Part shown: one piece after another, positions 44,913 to 54,129 of the stretch
Position numbering within the stretch: position 1 is the first letter of the stretch
Layout: the number at the start of each line of letters is the position of its first letter
Assembly: GCA_049718765.1 (NCBI GenBank)
Contig: JBNARI010000004.1
Location: 19,967 to 83,966, forward strand
Origin: Bacillota bacterium
GTDB lineage: Bacteria > Bacillota > Sulfobacillia > DUMF01
DNA length: 64,000 nt
Direction of reading: 5' to 3'
The notes under the pieces: model-generated
Seen by the model: the letters and a program-made list of their open reading frames with translations, nothing else
Told to the model about the DNA's origin: nothing
Database searches by the model: none
Made by a program: the position numbers and the translations under genes

Positions 44913-45212
44913 GTTATGAAAGGCAAACGTTTGGGCTGGAAATGATGCTATATAATAAGGCTCGTGCTCTTGGACTTAAGCCGATCCTGTGTTGGCCTGG
45001 GCTCATTCCCCAGAGGCTAGTCGGCCCGGGCGCAAGTGCAAGGCAATGGCTAGGCAAGAGCTAGGCTCGACTCGCAGTGTTGACGGGTGTATGATTCTAT
45101 AGGCATGGATTTGGGGCTCCTGCGATGACCGGCTGTGAGCAGATTTGGGCTCCACCAGCTGGCATGACGAGTTAGGAAGCGGCACTGGCTTGAGTGTACG
45201 GGGGTATGACTG

Positions 45213-47207
45213 TTGAGCAAGCCGCTGATCATCGTGGAATCTCCGGCTAAAGCCCGGACTATCCAGCGGTTTCTTGGAAAGAGGTTCTTGGTAAAGGCCA
45301 CTGTGGGCCATGTGAGGGACTTGCCCAAGAGCCAGTTTGGAGTCGACATTGAGAACGGGTTTGTACCCAAGTACATCAACATTCGGGGCAAGGGCGAAAT
45401 CATACGAGAACTCAAAGAGGCGGCCCGCAAGGCATCCAAGGTATACCTCGCTACTGATCCCGACCGGGAAGGGGAAGCCATCAGCTGGCATTTGGCTAAC
45501 ATTCTTGAGCTCGACCCCGATCAGCCTTCCCGGGTGGAGTTTCACGAAATCACAAAAAACGTTGTTGAGCAGGCTGTAAACAACCCGAGAAGAATAGACA
45601 TGAACTTGGTTGATGCCCAACAGGCACGCCGAATCATGGATCGGATAGTTGGGTATGAGCTAAGCCCTTTCCTGTGGGACAAGGTTAAGCGGGGGCTCAG
45701 TGCTGGCAGGGTGCAGTCTGCTGCCCTCAGGCTAATCTGTGACCGCGAGGAAGAAATTGCGGCGTTTCAAAGACAAGAGTATTGGACTGTAGAGGCAGTG
45801 CTGGAGCGCGCTTCTGGCGAGCGTTTCGCGGCGTCATACTACGGTAAGGACGGGACCAAAGCGAGTATTGGCAGCGAGCAAGAGGCAGACGCGCTCATAG
45901 AAGAGCTGGAGCTATGCAAGTTTGTGGTGTCTTCGGTGAAGAAAAGGCAGCGCAAAAGGCTCGCTCCCCCTCCCTTTACCACCAGCACCCTTCAGCAGGA
46001 AGCCGGCAGACGTCTCGGGTTCACCGTAAAGAAAACTATGCAACTTGCCCAGGAGCTCTATGAAGGGCTGGATGTGGGGGAAGAGGGCCCAGTGGGCCTA
46101 GTGACATACATTAGGACCGACTCGATTAGGATTGCTGATGAGGTGAGTGCTCAAGCCCGAAGTTACATTGCAGGGAAGTATGGGGATGAATACGCGAGGG
46201 GGGTAGCCCATAAGCAAAAGGGCGAGTTCGTTCAGGGTGCCCATGAAGCAATTCGGCCAACTTCAATATCCAGGGAGCCTGACTCCGTCAAACCCTATCT
46301 TAGCCGTGACCAGTGGAGACTTTACAAGCTGATTTGGGAGCGATTTGTTGCCAGCTTGATGTCTCCTGCGGTCTATGACACCGTTAGTGTGGAAATCACT
46401 GCTGGAGAGCACCAACTGCGCGCTTCTGGTTCGGTGCTCGTCTTCGATGGATTTCTGCGGGTGTACGGGGAAACGGACGACCATGCCAGCCAAGAGCAAC
46501 AAGCACTGCTACCGCCTCTAGTGGAGGGCGAGGAGCTCAAGCTTGTGGATATCAAGAAGGAGCAACATTTCACCGAACCGCCGCCCAGGTACACAGAAGC
46601 GGCCCTAGTTAAGGCACTGGAAGAGAAGGGCATTGGCAGGCCAAGCACTTATGGCCCCATAATCGACACCCTCAAGGAGAGGGAGTACGTGGTGGTGGAG
46701 GATAAGAAGCTGGTGCCCACGGAGCTTGGCAAATTGGTCGTGAACATTCTCAAGACCCATTTCCCCAATATAGTGGACATCGAATTCACCGCTAACATGG
46801 AGAAACAGTTGGACGAGATCGAGGCCGGGAGGGCCCAGCGCGTTCAGGTGCTTGGAGAGTTCTACTCGGAGTTCAAGCCTCTATTGGATCGGGCGAAGCA
46901 GGCTGCGCCCCGCGTTGAGGCCCCGGAGGAAGTCACCGACGTCAAGTGCGAGGTGTGTGGAAGGAACATGGTTGTGAAGCACTCCAGGTTCGGCAAATTC
47001 CTTGCCTGCCCTGGCTTCCCAGAGTGCAAGAATACAAAGCCCTACTTGGAGTATGCGGAAGGCTCGTGTCCCAAATGCGGTGGTAGGCTGGTAGTGCGCT
47101 ACACCAAGAAAGGGCGCAGGTTTTACGGGTGCGAGCGCTACCCCGATTGCGATTACGTGTCTTGGAAGAAGCCTGGAAAGAACGGCGATGCCCAAGACAT
47201 TAAGTAA
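45213..47207 (+). CDS. topA: DNA topoisomerase I
   Basis: IVESPAK, DPDREGE, SAGRVQ, TYIRTDS, GIGRPST, two C4 zinc ribbons. Confidence 0.98.
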   Translation: MSKPLIIVESPAKARTIQRFLGKRFLVKATVGHVRDLPKSQFGVDIENGFVPKYINIRGKGEIIRELKEAARKASKVYLATDPDREGEAISWHLANILELDPDQPSRVEFHEITKNVVEQAVNNPRRIDMNLVDAQQARRIMDRIVGYELSPFLWDKVKRGLSAGRVQSAALRLICDREEEIAAFQRQEYWTVEAVLERASGERFAASYYGKDGTKASIGSEQEADALIEELELCKFVVSSVKKRQRKRLAPPPFTTSTLQQEAGRRLGFTVKKTMQLAQELYEGLDVGEEGPVGLVTYIRTDSIRIADEVSAQARSYIAGKYGDEYARGVAHKQKGEFVQGAHEAIRPTSISREPDSVKPYLSRDQWRLYKLIWERFVASLMSPAVYDTVSVEITAGEHQLRASGSVLVFDGFLRVYGETDDHASQEQQALLPPLVEGEELKLVDIKKEQHFTEPPPRYTEAALVKALEEKGIGRPSTYGPIIDTLKEREYVVVEDKKLVPTELGKLVVNILKTHFPNIVDIEFTANMEKQLDEIEAGRAQRVQVLGEFYSEFKPLLDRAKQAAPRVEAPEEVTDVKCEVCGRNMVVKHSRFGKFLACPGFPECKNTKPYLEYAEGSCPKCGGRLVVRYTKKGRRFYGCERYPDCDYVSWKKPGKNGDAQDIK

Positions 47208-47254
47208 TTGCCCCGGCTACTTTACAGAAAGCTCCGATTTGGTATCATGGTTTC

Positions 47255-48178
47255 ATGGTTCAAATACCGTTGGCTTTGGGATTGGGCTTGTTGCTGGGCC
47301 GCAAGCGCAGCGGCATTGTGGGATTCGACAAGTTGGTGAGGGCAGGGAGCCAAGCTGGACTGTTTGTGTTGTTGTTATGCGTTGGAGTGCAGCTTGGTCA
47401 GCCTAGGATTGTTGTGGAGCTAGGGCTCATTGGCGTCAGGGCTCTTGCTACCTGCCTGGGTGCCTGTGGCCTGAGTCTGGCGTCTGTTGGTGTGCTTGAG
47501 AGCTGGATGGTGCGGCGGGGGATCTGGCCGGCCAGGGGTATGAGCTTGGTCCAGGAGGGCAGGGACTACACGCCACTGGTAGTGTGGTCAGCCTTCCTGA
47601 TTGGGATTGAGTTTTCTGGGGTGGCCAGGGATGTTTACGCAAAGGGCTACATCACTGAAGCTACCACATGGACCCTTTGTTGGCTGGTATTCCTTGCTGG
47701 CATGGACATAGCGCGCAGTGGTGCCTGGAGCACTGTTCGGGAGATGGGGTTGGCTGTACTTTTTGTGCCAGGCGCCATTGGCGCAGCTAGCATCATAGGT
47801 GCTATGGTTGGGGGAATAATCACTGGTATGGATCCTGGTGAAGCTATGGCAGTGGGCGCAGGCTTTGGTTGGTACAGCTTTTCGGGGGTTCTTCTTACAA
47901 ATGCGCGAGGCGTGGAACTGGGCGCAGTGGCGTTTAGTGCAAACTTGCTGAGGGAGCTGATTACTTTCACGGTGGCTGGATCAGTGCGGAGGAAGCGCAT
48001 CAGGCTTGCTTCAGTGGCCCTTGGTGGTGCTACCGCCATGGACAGCACTTTGCCAATGATTGTAAGATGCGATGGTCCCGAAGTTGCTGTAATTGGGTTT
48101 ATATCAGGAGTTAGCCTTACGCTTTTGGCCCCATTGGTAATTCCCGCTATTCTCAAGATGTTCCTCCCCCAACATTGA
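47255..48178 (+). CDS. LysO (YbjE/DUF340)-family exporter
   Basis: GFGWYSFSG, NLLRE, GGATAMD-TLP motifs. Confidence 0.85.
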   Translation: MVQIPLALGLGLLLGRKRSGIVGFDKLVRAGSQAGLFVLLLCVGVQLGQPRIVVELGLIGVRALATCLGACGLSLASVGVLESWMVRRGIWPARGMSLVQEGRDYTPLVVWSAFLIGIEFSGVARDVYAKGYITEATTWTLCWLVFLAGMDIARSGAWSTVREMGLAVLFVPGAIGAASIIGAMVGGIITGMDPGEAMAVGAGFGWYSFSGVLLTNARGVELGAVAFSANLLRELITFTVAGSVRRKRIRLASVALGGATAMDSTLPMIVRCDGPEVAVIGFISGVSLTLLAPLVIPAILKMFLPQH

Positions 48179-48221
48179 ACCTATTGTCACGAACACGCCA
48201 ATGTGATACAGTTAAGAATAG

Positions 48222-49193
48222 TTGGCGATTTTCCGAGAGGTGCTAAGGCCAGCTGTGGAAGAATTGCTGTTATCTTTTTGTGGTTCTCTTATTGGAGAGA
48301 AGAACGCTTCTTCCCATACGGTGAAGGCGTACATGGCTGATCTCAAACAGTTCTTGGATTTCCTAGGGCCCTGCAAGGACATTCTTGCTGAACTTCGTAC
48401 CCAAGGGCCAGCGCTCATCCGTCAGTTCACTGGACATTTGATGGACTTGGGCTATTCGCGAAAGTCAGTGGCGCGAAAGCAATCGTGCGTTAGGAGCTTT
48501 TGCAGGTTCTTGGTGAGGTCGGGTATGCTTGATGACAACCCTGGAAAGACAGTTCAAGGGCCCAAACTGGGTCGCAAACTCCCTGAGTTCCTGAGTGTGG
48601 AAGAAGTAGAGCGACTGCTTGCGGTGCCCGATGCTTCTACGCCTACGGGACTCCGGGACCTGGCGATCCTCGAGACGGTTTACTCATCGGGGCTTAGGGT
48701 TTCTGAGCTGGTTTCCCTTAACGTTGGGGACATAGATTTCTCCAATGGTTTCGTCAAGGTCATGGGCAAGGGGAGAAAGGAAAGGTACGCTCCTTTGGGA
48801 TCGGTGGCAATAGGGGTACTTGGCAGGTATCTCGAGGAAGCAAGGCCAAAGCTTTGCAGGAGGGGCAAAAAGTGCAATGCAGTGTTCCTCAATGCACGTG
48901 GGGATCGCCTGTCTGTTCGCGCGGTGCAGCACATGGTGAAGCGTTACGCTCGCAAAGCTGGCATCGACAGGCCGGTATCCCCTCATACCTTGCGCCATTC
49001 CTTTGCGACTCACTTGATGGCTGGAGGTGCTGACTTGAGGGCTGTCCAAGAAATGCTGGGCCACCAAAAGATTTCCACCACCCAGATCTACACCCATGTG
49101 ACTTTGAATAACCTTATGAGGGTTTACCGCCAATGCCATCCCAGGTCTGGGAGGGAAAGAGAGGTTTTAAGCTCAAATGAACGCATGGATTGA
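48222..49193 (+). CDS. xerC: Tyrosine recombinase XerC/CodV
   Basis: [33 protein letters not shown]; first gene of the cod cluster. Confidence 0.93.
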   Translation: MAIFREVLRPAVEELLLSFCGSLIGEKNASSHTVKAYMADLKQFLDFLGPCKDILAELRTQGPALIRQFTGHLMDLGYSRKSVARKQSCVRSFCRFLVRSGMLDDNPGKTVQGPKLGRKLPEFLSVEEVERLLAVPDASTPTGLRDLAILETVYSSGLRVSELVSLNVGDIDFSNGFVKVMGKGRKERYAPLGSVAIGVLGRYLEEARPKLCRRGKKCNAVFLNARGDRLSVRAVQHMVKRYARKAGIDRPVSPHTLRHSFATHLMAGGADLRAVQEMLGHQKISTTQIYTHVTLNNLMRVYRQCHPRSGREREVLSSNERMD

Positions 49194-49716
49194 GGGCACC
49201 ACAGTTGTTGCAGTGAAGGGACGAGGCTGCGCAATGGGCGCAGACGGACAGGTGACCCTTGCTGGCAGCAACACGGTGCTGAAGCACAACGCAAGGAAGA
49301 TCCGGCGTTTGGCTTCTGGCAGGGTGCTTGCAGGCTTTGCGGGAGCTTTGGCAGACGCCCTCACGCTGTTCGACAAGTTCGAGGCGGCGCTCGAGGCTGC
49401 AAGGGGGAACTTGCCAAGGGCAGCAGTGGACCTTGCCAAAGAGTGGCGCACTGACAAGCTGCTTCGGCGGCTAGAGGCGATGCTGTTGGTCATGGACAAA
49501 GAGCACCTGCTGCTTGTTTCGGGCACGGGGGAAGTGGTTGAACCCGACGACAACGTGGCTGCAATTGGGTCGGGCGGAGCGTTTGCGCTGGCTGCTGCTA
49601 GGGCTTTGAGCAGACATACCGATATGCCAGCCAGGCAGATAGTGGAGGAATCCTTGCGTATTGCGTCAGAGATTTGTGTGTACACCAACGACAGAATAGT
49701 GGTGGAGGAGCTCTGA
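49177..49716 (+). CDS. hslV: ATP-dependent protease subunit HslV/ClpQ
   Basis: GTTVV, DGQVT, GFAG--ADA, IGSGG, ICVYTN. Confidence 0.96.
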   Translation: MNAWIEGTTVVAVKGRGCAMGADGQVTLAGSNTVLKHNARKIRRLASGRVLAGFAGALADALTLFDKFEAALEAARGNLPRAAVDLAKEWRTDKLLRRLEAMLLVMDKEHLLLVSGTGEVVEPDDNVAAIGSGGAFALAAARALSRHTDMPARQIVEESLRIASEICVYTNDRIVVEEL

Positions 49717-49718
49717 TT

Positions 49719-51101
49719 ATGCTGACGCCCAAGGAAATTGTGGCTGAACTTGACAAGTACATCGTTGGCCAAACCAGGGCTAAACGGTGCGTGGCCGTGG
49801 CGCTCAGGAACATTTACCGCAGGCGGCTTGTGGAAGATGAGTTCAGGGACGAAATTGCTCCCAAGAACATCCTGATGATTGGCCCAACGGGGGTTGGCAA
49901 GACTGAGATTGCAAGGCGCCTTGCAAAGCTGGTGAACGCCCCATTCATCAAGGTTGAGGCCACGAAGTTTACCGAAGTGGGCTACGTAGGACGGGACGTG
50001 GATTCGATCATAAGGGACCTTGTGGAAACTTCCATACGAATGGTCAAGGCGGAAAAGATGGCCGAAGTGGCCCAGAAGGCTGCTGAAGCTGCGCAGCAGC
50101 GCCTTGTGGAGCTACTGGTGCCTTCGCCACGTCGAGAGACGGGAGCTAGTCCCCTTGAGATGATGCTGTTCGGCAGGACTGTTCAGTCTCAGTCTGTCGG
50201 AGGTGTAGATGCAGGCGAGGTCGAAGCCAAGCGCAGGCAAGTGGGCGAGGAGCTGCGGGCAGGGTTGCTGGAGAATGAGATGGTGGAAGTAGAGGTAGAA
50301 GATAACACCATTCCGTTCATTGAGGTGTTTGATGCCAGCGGGGCCCAGGAGATGGGCTTAAACTTGCAGGACATAATGGGCAGCTTTCTTCCCAAGCGCA
50401 GGAAAAGGCGTAAGCTCAAGGTGAGCGAGGCCAGAAGGGTATTGGAGCAGCAGGAAGCGTCCAAACTCATAGACATGGATGCGGTGATTTCTGAGGCAGT
50501 TTGGAGGGCCGAGCAGTACGGGATTGTTTTCATTGACGAGATTGATAAGATTGCGGGGAGGGAGAAAGGGATTGGCCCTGACGTGTCCAGGGAAGGCGTA
50601 CAGCGGGACTTGCTGCCTATCGTCGAGGGGTCCACTGTGATGACCAAATATGGACCCGTTCGCACAAATCACATGCTTTTCATTGCGGCGGGCGCTTTTC
50701 ACGTTGCCAAGCCGTCGGACTTAATACCCGAGCTGCAAGGAAGGTTCCCAATTCGCGTGGAGCTAGACCCTCTCACCAAAGAGGACTTCAAGCGCATCTT
50801 GGTGGAACCAGAGAACGCCTTGACCAAGCAGTACCAAAAGCTGCTCAGCACCGAGGGCGTACAACTTGAGTTTACCGAAGACGGCATTGACCGCATTGCG
50901 GAAATAGCCTACGAAGTGAACGAGCGCACAGAGAACATTGGTGCCCGGCGGCTGCACACCGTGATGGAGCGGGTACTTGAGGACATTTCGTTCGACGCGC
51001 CATATCTACAGCCCGTGAAGTTAGTGATCGACTCCAGCTACGTTATGTCCAAGCTCAAGGACGTTGTGGCTGATGTAGACATATCCAGGTATATTTTGTG
51101 A
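49719..51101 (+). CDS. hslU: ATP-dependent protease ATPase HslU/ClpY
   Basis: [38 protein letters not shown]. Confidence 0.98.
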   Translation: MLTPKEIVAELDKYIVGQTRAKRCVAVALRNIYRRRLVEDEFRDEIAPKNILMIGPTGVGKTEIARRLAKLVNAPFIKVEATKFTEVGYVGRDVDSIIRDLVETSIRMVKAEKMAEVAQKAAEAAQQRLVELLVPSPRRETGASPLEMMLFGRTVQSQSVGGVDAGEVEAKRRQVGEELRAGLLENEMVEVEVEDNTIPFIEVFDASGAQEMGLNLQDIMGSFLPKRRKRRKLKVSEARRVLEQQEASKLIDMDAVISEAVWRAEQYGIVFIDEIDKIAGREKGIGPDVSREGVQRDLLPIVEGSTVMTKYGPVRTNHMLFIAAGAFHVAKPSDLIPELQGRFPIRVELDPLTKEDFKRILVEPENALTKQYQKLLSTEGVQLEFTEDGIDRIAEIAYEVNERTENIGARRLHTVMERVLEDISFDAPYLQPVKLVIDSSYVMSKLKDVVADVDISRYIL

Positions 51102-51119
51102 CGCAGGGAGGAGAGGAAG

Positions 51120-51905
51120 ATGAGCGCAAGCTTGCTCGAGAAGACCAGACAACTCAACAAGTTGATCCAGAAGGCTGCCGGGCGTGCAGTCGACTACGAT
51201 GATATGGCAAGGGTACTGTCGAGCCTCATAAACTGCAACGTGTATTTGGTGGATCACGAAGGCAGGATCTTGGGTTATTGCCTCCTGGATGACTTCGAGT
51301 GCGACATTTTGATGCGGGAGGTGCTGGCCCACAAGAAGTTCCCTGAAGACTACAACTCGGCACTTCTTCACATCACCGACACTTCCCCCAACATAAAACA
51401 GGAGGGGCGAAAGTGCGTCTTTAAAAAGGAAGAATCCTGCATCTTCGAAGGCAAGGTGACCACAATTGTTCCAATAACCGGCGCGGGCGAAAGGCTGGGC
51501 ACGTTGCTGCTTGCTAGGTACTCGGGTAGCTTTAACGAGGACGACCTGTTACTTGCTGAGTATGGAGCAACTGTGGTTGCCATGGAGATGCTTAGGGCAA
51601 AGTCAGAACACTTGGAGGAAGAAGCTAGGAAGAAGGCTGCAGTACAGATTGCGATTGGTACTCTCTCGTATTCAGAGCTAGAAGCAGTACAGCACATATT
51701 CGATGCCCTTAACGGTTCGGAGGGCTTCCTGGTAGCCTCCAAGATTGCGGAAAAGGTGGGCATCACCCGTTCGGTGATCGTAAACGCCCTGAGGAAGTTC
51801 GAAAGTGCAGGTGTGATTGAGTCCAGGTCCTTGGGGATGAAAGGCACTTACATCAGGGTGCTCAACGACAGGCTCATAGAGGAACTCAGGAAATTGCGGC
51901 GCTAG
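51120..51905 (+). CDS. codY: GTP/BCAA-sensing regulator CodY
   Basis: LAEYGATVV, ASKIAEKVGITRSVIVNALRKFESAG, SLGMKGT. Confidence 0.98.
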   Translation: MSASLLEKTRQLNKLIQKAAGRAVDYDDMARVLSSLINCNVYLVDHEGRILGYCLLDDFECDILMREVLAHKKFPEDYNSALLHITDTSPNIKQEGRKCVFKKEESCIFEGKVTTIVPITGAGERLGTLLLARYSGSFNEDDLLLAEYGATVVAMEMLRAKSEHLEEEARKKAAVQIAIGTLSYSELEAVQHIFDALNGSEGFLVASKIAEKVGITRSVIVNALRKFESAGVIESRSLGMKGTYIRVLNDRLIEELRKLRR

Positions 51906-51924
51906 TTTTCTCTTGCGCGGCATG

Positions 51925-51966
51925 GGCCCTGGGGGAATGAAAGGTGCCTCCAGGGCCTTCGTTATT
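51925..51966 (+). terminator. Hairpin after codY
   Basis: GGCCCTGGGGG...CCTCCAGGGCC followed by TTCGTT. Confidence 0.55.
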
Positions 51967-52035
51967 GACATCATAAGCCAGCATTCCCAGCAATTCTAAT
52001 ATTTACAGGTGGATACATAAAAAGGTAGAATCCCC

Positions 52036-52683
52036 GTGAGAATACTTGGGATAGGGGGCGTTACAGTGAGGTTCAAACGTTGGGTAGCAGTGGCTACCGT
52101 GGCATTGCTTGCGTGGTTCCTGGTTGGGAAAGGACTGGCGCTTGCTGCGCCTTCCTTCACTGTGAGGGTTGTTTACGGGTACAATGGGGTTAAGCTGCAG
52201 CAGCGCACTTACTACTTCTACTACTGGGTGCCCCAAAGGGAGCCTCAGCGTACAGTCACGCCCACAGGAAGCAGCTTGGCTGAAGCCAGCACTGTCAACC
52301 TCACCCAAGAGGAAAGTGCCATGCTCCAACTTATAAACAAGGAAAGGCAGAAAGCGGGACTTCAACCACTCTCCGTAGATAGCCGGTTGGTGGAGCTTGC
52401 ACGAAAGAAGAGCCAGGACATGGTGGACAAGGGGTATTTCAGCCATCAGTCACCTACCTACGGCTCACCGTTCGACATGATGAGGGCAGCCGGAGTGACC
52501 TACAAAGTGGCAGGAGAAAACATAGCGGGAGCGCCTACAGTGGAAACTGCCCATACAGCGCTAATGAACAGCCCAGGTCACCGGAGCAACATCCTGAACC
52601 CGGGCTTCACTCGGGTTGGGATTGGGATTGTGGACGGGGGCCCATACGGCAAGACGTTTACTCAGATGTTTATTGGTACTTGA
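52036..52683 (+). CDS. Secreted CAP/SCP-domain protein (YkwD-like)
   Basis: Signal peptide; YFSHQSPTYGSPFDM, GENIA, LMNSPGHRSNIL. Confidence 0.9.
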   Translation: MRILGIGGVTVRFKRWVAVATVALLAWFLVGKGLALAAPSFTVRVVYGYNGVKLQQRTYYFYYWVPQREPQRTVTPTGSSLAEASTVNLTQEESAMLQLINKERQKAGLQPLSVDSRLVELARKKSQDMVDKGYFSHQSPTYGSPFDMMRAAGVTYKVAGENIAGAPTVETAHTALMNSPGHRSNILNPGFTRVGIGIVDGGPYGKTFTQMFIGT

Positions 52684-52704
52684 GGAAAAATTTTGTCCGG
52701 ACAA

Positions 52705-52731
52705 GAAGGATTTTGAAGAATGGTGTCGTAA
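52705..52731 (+). promoter_or_regulatory. Sigma-H-like promoter upstream of flagellar leader
   Basis: GAAGGATTT-11 nt-GTCGTAA. Confidence 0.35.
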
Positions 52732-52780
52732 TAGGACACTAGCAGTTACACAAAGAGAATATCGGGAGACGTCGAGACCC

Positions 52781-52867
52781 TTCTCGACAAAGGCAAACTC
52801 GCCGAAAGGCGAGGGCGCAAAACCACGGGTCTAAAGCGTAATGCCATGACAGCCGGGTTGCCGAAAG
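52781..52867 (+). ncRNA. c-di-GMP-I (GEMM) riboswitch
   Basis: GGCAAACTCGCC-GAAA-GGCGAGGGCGCAAAACC...TCTAA...ATG...GGGTTGCCG; tetraloop and receptor present. Confidence 0.94.
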
Positions 52868-52904
52868 TGGGGTCTGCTAGTTTCCGGGGATAGTGTCTTA
52901 GAAT

Positions 52905-52943
52905 ACCCGCTACGGCCATCAGGCTGTGGCGGGTTTGAGTTTC
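52905..52943 (+). terminator. Terminator in riboswitch expression platform
   Basis: ACCCGCTACGGCC-atca-GGCTGTGGCGGGT then T-rich tail. Confidence 0.65.
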
Positions 52944-52959
52944 TTGGGGGTGAGGGAGG

Positions 52960-53373
52960 GTGCTGCTGGACACGGTGGTATCGGATTGCCTCCAGCGTTG
53001 CATGGACCTTTGCAGCAAGAGGCACGTGCTGATTGCCAACAATATTGCCAACGTCAATACCCCTGGATACAAGAGGCTAGACCTTGAGTTCGACAAGATC
53101 ATGAGGCAGGAAGTGGGCCGCCAGCTGGGCGAGAGGTCTCCCACCGAGCTGTGGAGGACTCATCCCCAGCACCAGACCCCTGTGAGGGAACAAGGGTTTG
53201 TGGCGGTGCAGGCAGATTACGGAACGGCTCACAGGAACGACGGAAATAACGTGGATATCGATTTCGAAATGGCGCTGCTTGCGTCCAACCAGCTCACCTA
53301 CGAGGCTGCTGCCAGACTCCTCAACGGTGAGCTTGGCTTGCTATGGAAGGCAGTGTCTGAAGGGAGGCGTTGA
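52960..53373 (+). CDS. flgB: Flagellar basal-body rod protein FlgB
   Basis: IANNIANVNTPGYK, RNDGNNVDID. Confidence 0.95.
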   Translation: MLLDTVVSDCLQRCMDLCSKRHVLIANNIANVNTPGYKRLDLEFDKIMRQEVGRQLGERSPTELWRTHPQHQTPVREQGFVAVQADYGTAHRNDGNNVDIDFEMALLASNQLTYEAAARLLNGELGLLWKAVSEGRR

Positions 53374-53376
53374 GGT

Positions 53377-53805
53377 TTGTTGCTCTCGAGGAGTCTGGAA
53401 ATAAGCGGGTCTGGTCTTACTGCTGAACGGCTCAGGTTGGACGTGATTGCTGGCAACATTGCCAATGCTAACACTACCCGCACCCCTGAGGGTGGCCCGT
53501 ACCGTCGAAAGGTAGCAGTGTTTGAAGCACGCCAAAGCACCAGGTTCAGCAACGTGCTTCACGGATACGAGCCTTCTGGCGTGAGAGTTGTGAAGATAGC
53601 AGAGGACCAGAGCGAGTTTCCAGTGAGGTACGAACCTGGCCATCCCGATGCGGACGCTTCAGGCTATGTAAAGCTAAGCAACGTGAACATCGTCACCGAA
53701 ATGGTTGACATGATAACTGCCACCCGTGCCTATGAGGCCAACGCCACTGCGCTAAACGCCGCGAAATCCATGGTTCGTAAGGCGCTGGAAATTGGACGGG
53801 CTTGA
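53377..53805 (+). CDS. flgC: Flagellar basal-body rod protein FlgC
   Basis: NIANANTTR, YEPGHPDAD, EMVDMI. Confidence 0.96.
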   Translation: MLLSRSLEISGSGLTAERLRLDVIAGNIANANTTRTPEGGPYRRKVAVFEARQSTRFSNVLHGYEPSGVRVVKIAEDQSEFPVRYEPGHPDADASGYVKLSNVNIVTEMVDMITATRAYEANATALNAAKSMVRKALEIGRA

Positions 53806-53822
53806 ATCTGGGGGTGTGAGGT

Positions 53823-54125
53823 TTGCCTGGAGTAACTGGCGTTTCTCAGACTTTCAGCCCACTGGCGGCTGATCAAGCGCGACCCAATTCTGGTCAGGTT
53901 ACCAGTTCGAGTTTTGTCCAAATGCTAGGCGATTCCATAAGGGCGCTTGACAGCGCTATAAAGCAAAGCCAAGGGTCTGTACTGTCGTTCCTTACAGGGG
54001 AGGAAGTTGACGTTCACTCTGTCGTAATTGCCCAGGAGAAGGCGGCCCTGGCCCTCCAATTTGCAGTGGAAGTGCGCAACAAGGTGATCGAAGCCTACCA
54101 GGAGTTCATGAGGATGCAGGTGTAA
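53823..54125 (+). CDS. fliE: Hook-basal body protein FliE
   Basis: VRNKVIEAYQEFMRMQV. Confidence 0.95.
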   Translation: MPGVTGVSQTFSPLAADQARPNSGQVTSSSFVQMLGDSIRALDSAIKQSQGSVLSFLTGEEVDVHSVVIAQEKAALALQFAVEVRNKVIEAYQEFMRMQV

Positions 54126-54129
54126 CGGA

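Noticed and set aside
48222-49193. Tyrosine recombinase as sign of a mobile element
   Set aside because: Sits in the conserved codV-clpQ-clpY-codY position with no att repeats or cargo; housekeeping XerC
52866-52959. Invertible flagellar phase switch as in C. difficile
   Set aside because: Spacer is under 100 nt with no flanking inverted repeats; explained by a terminator
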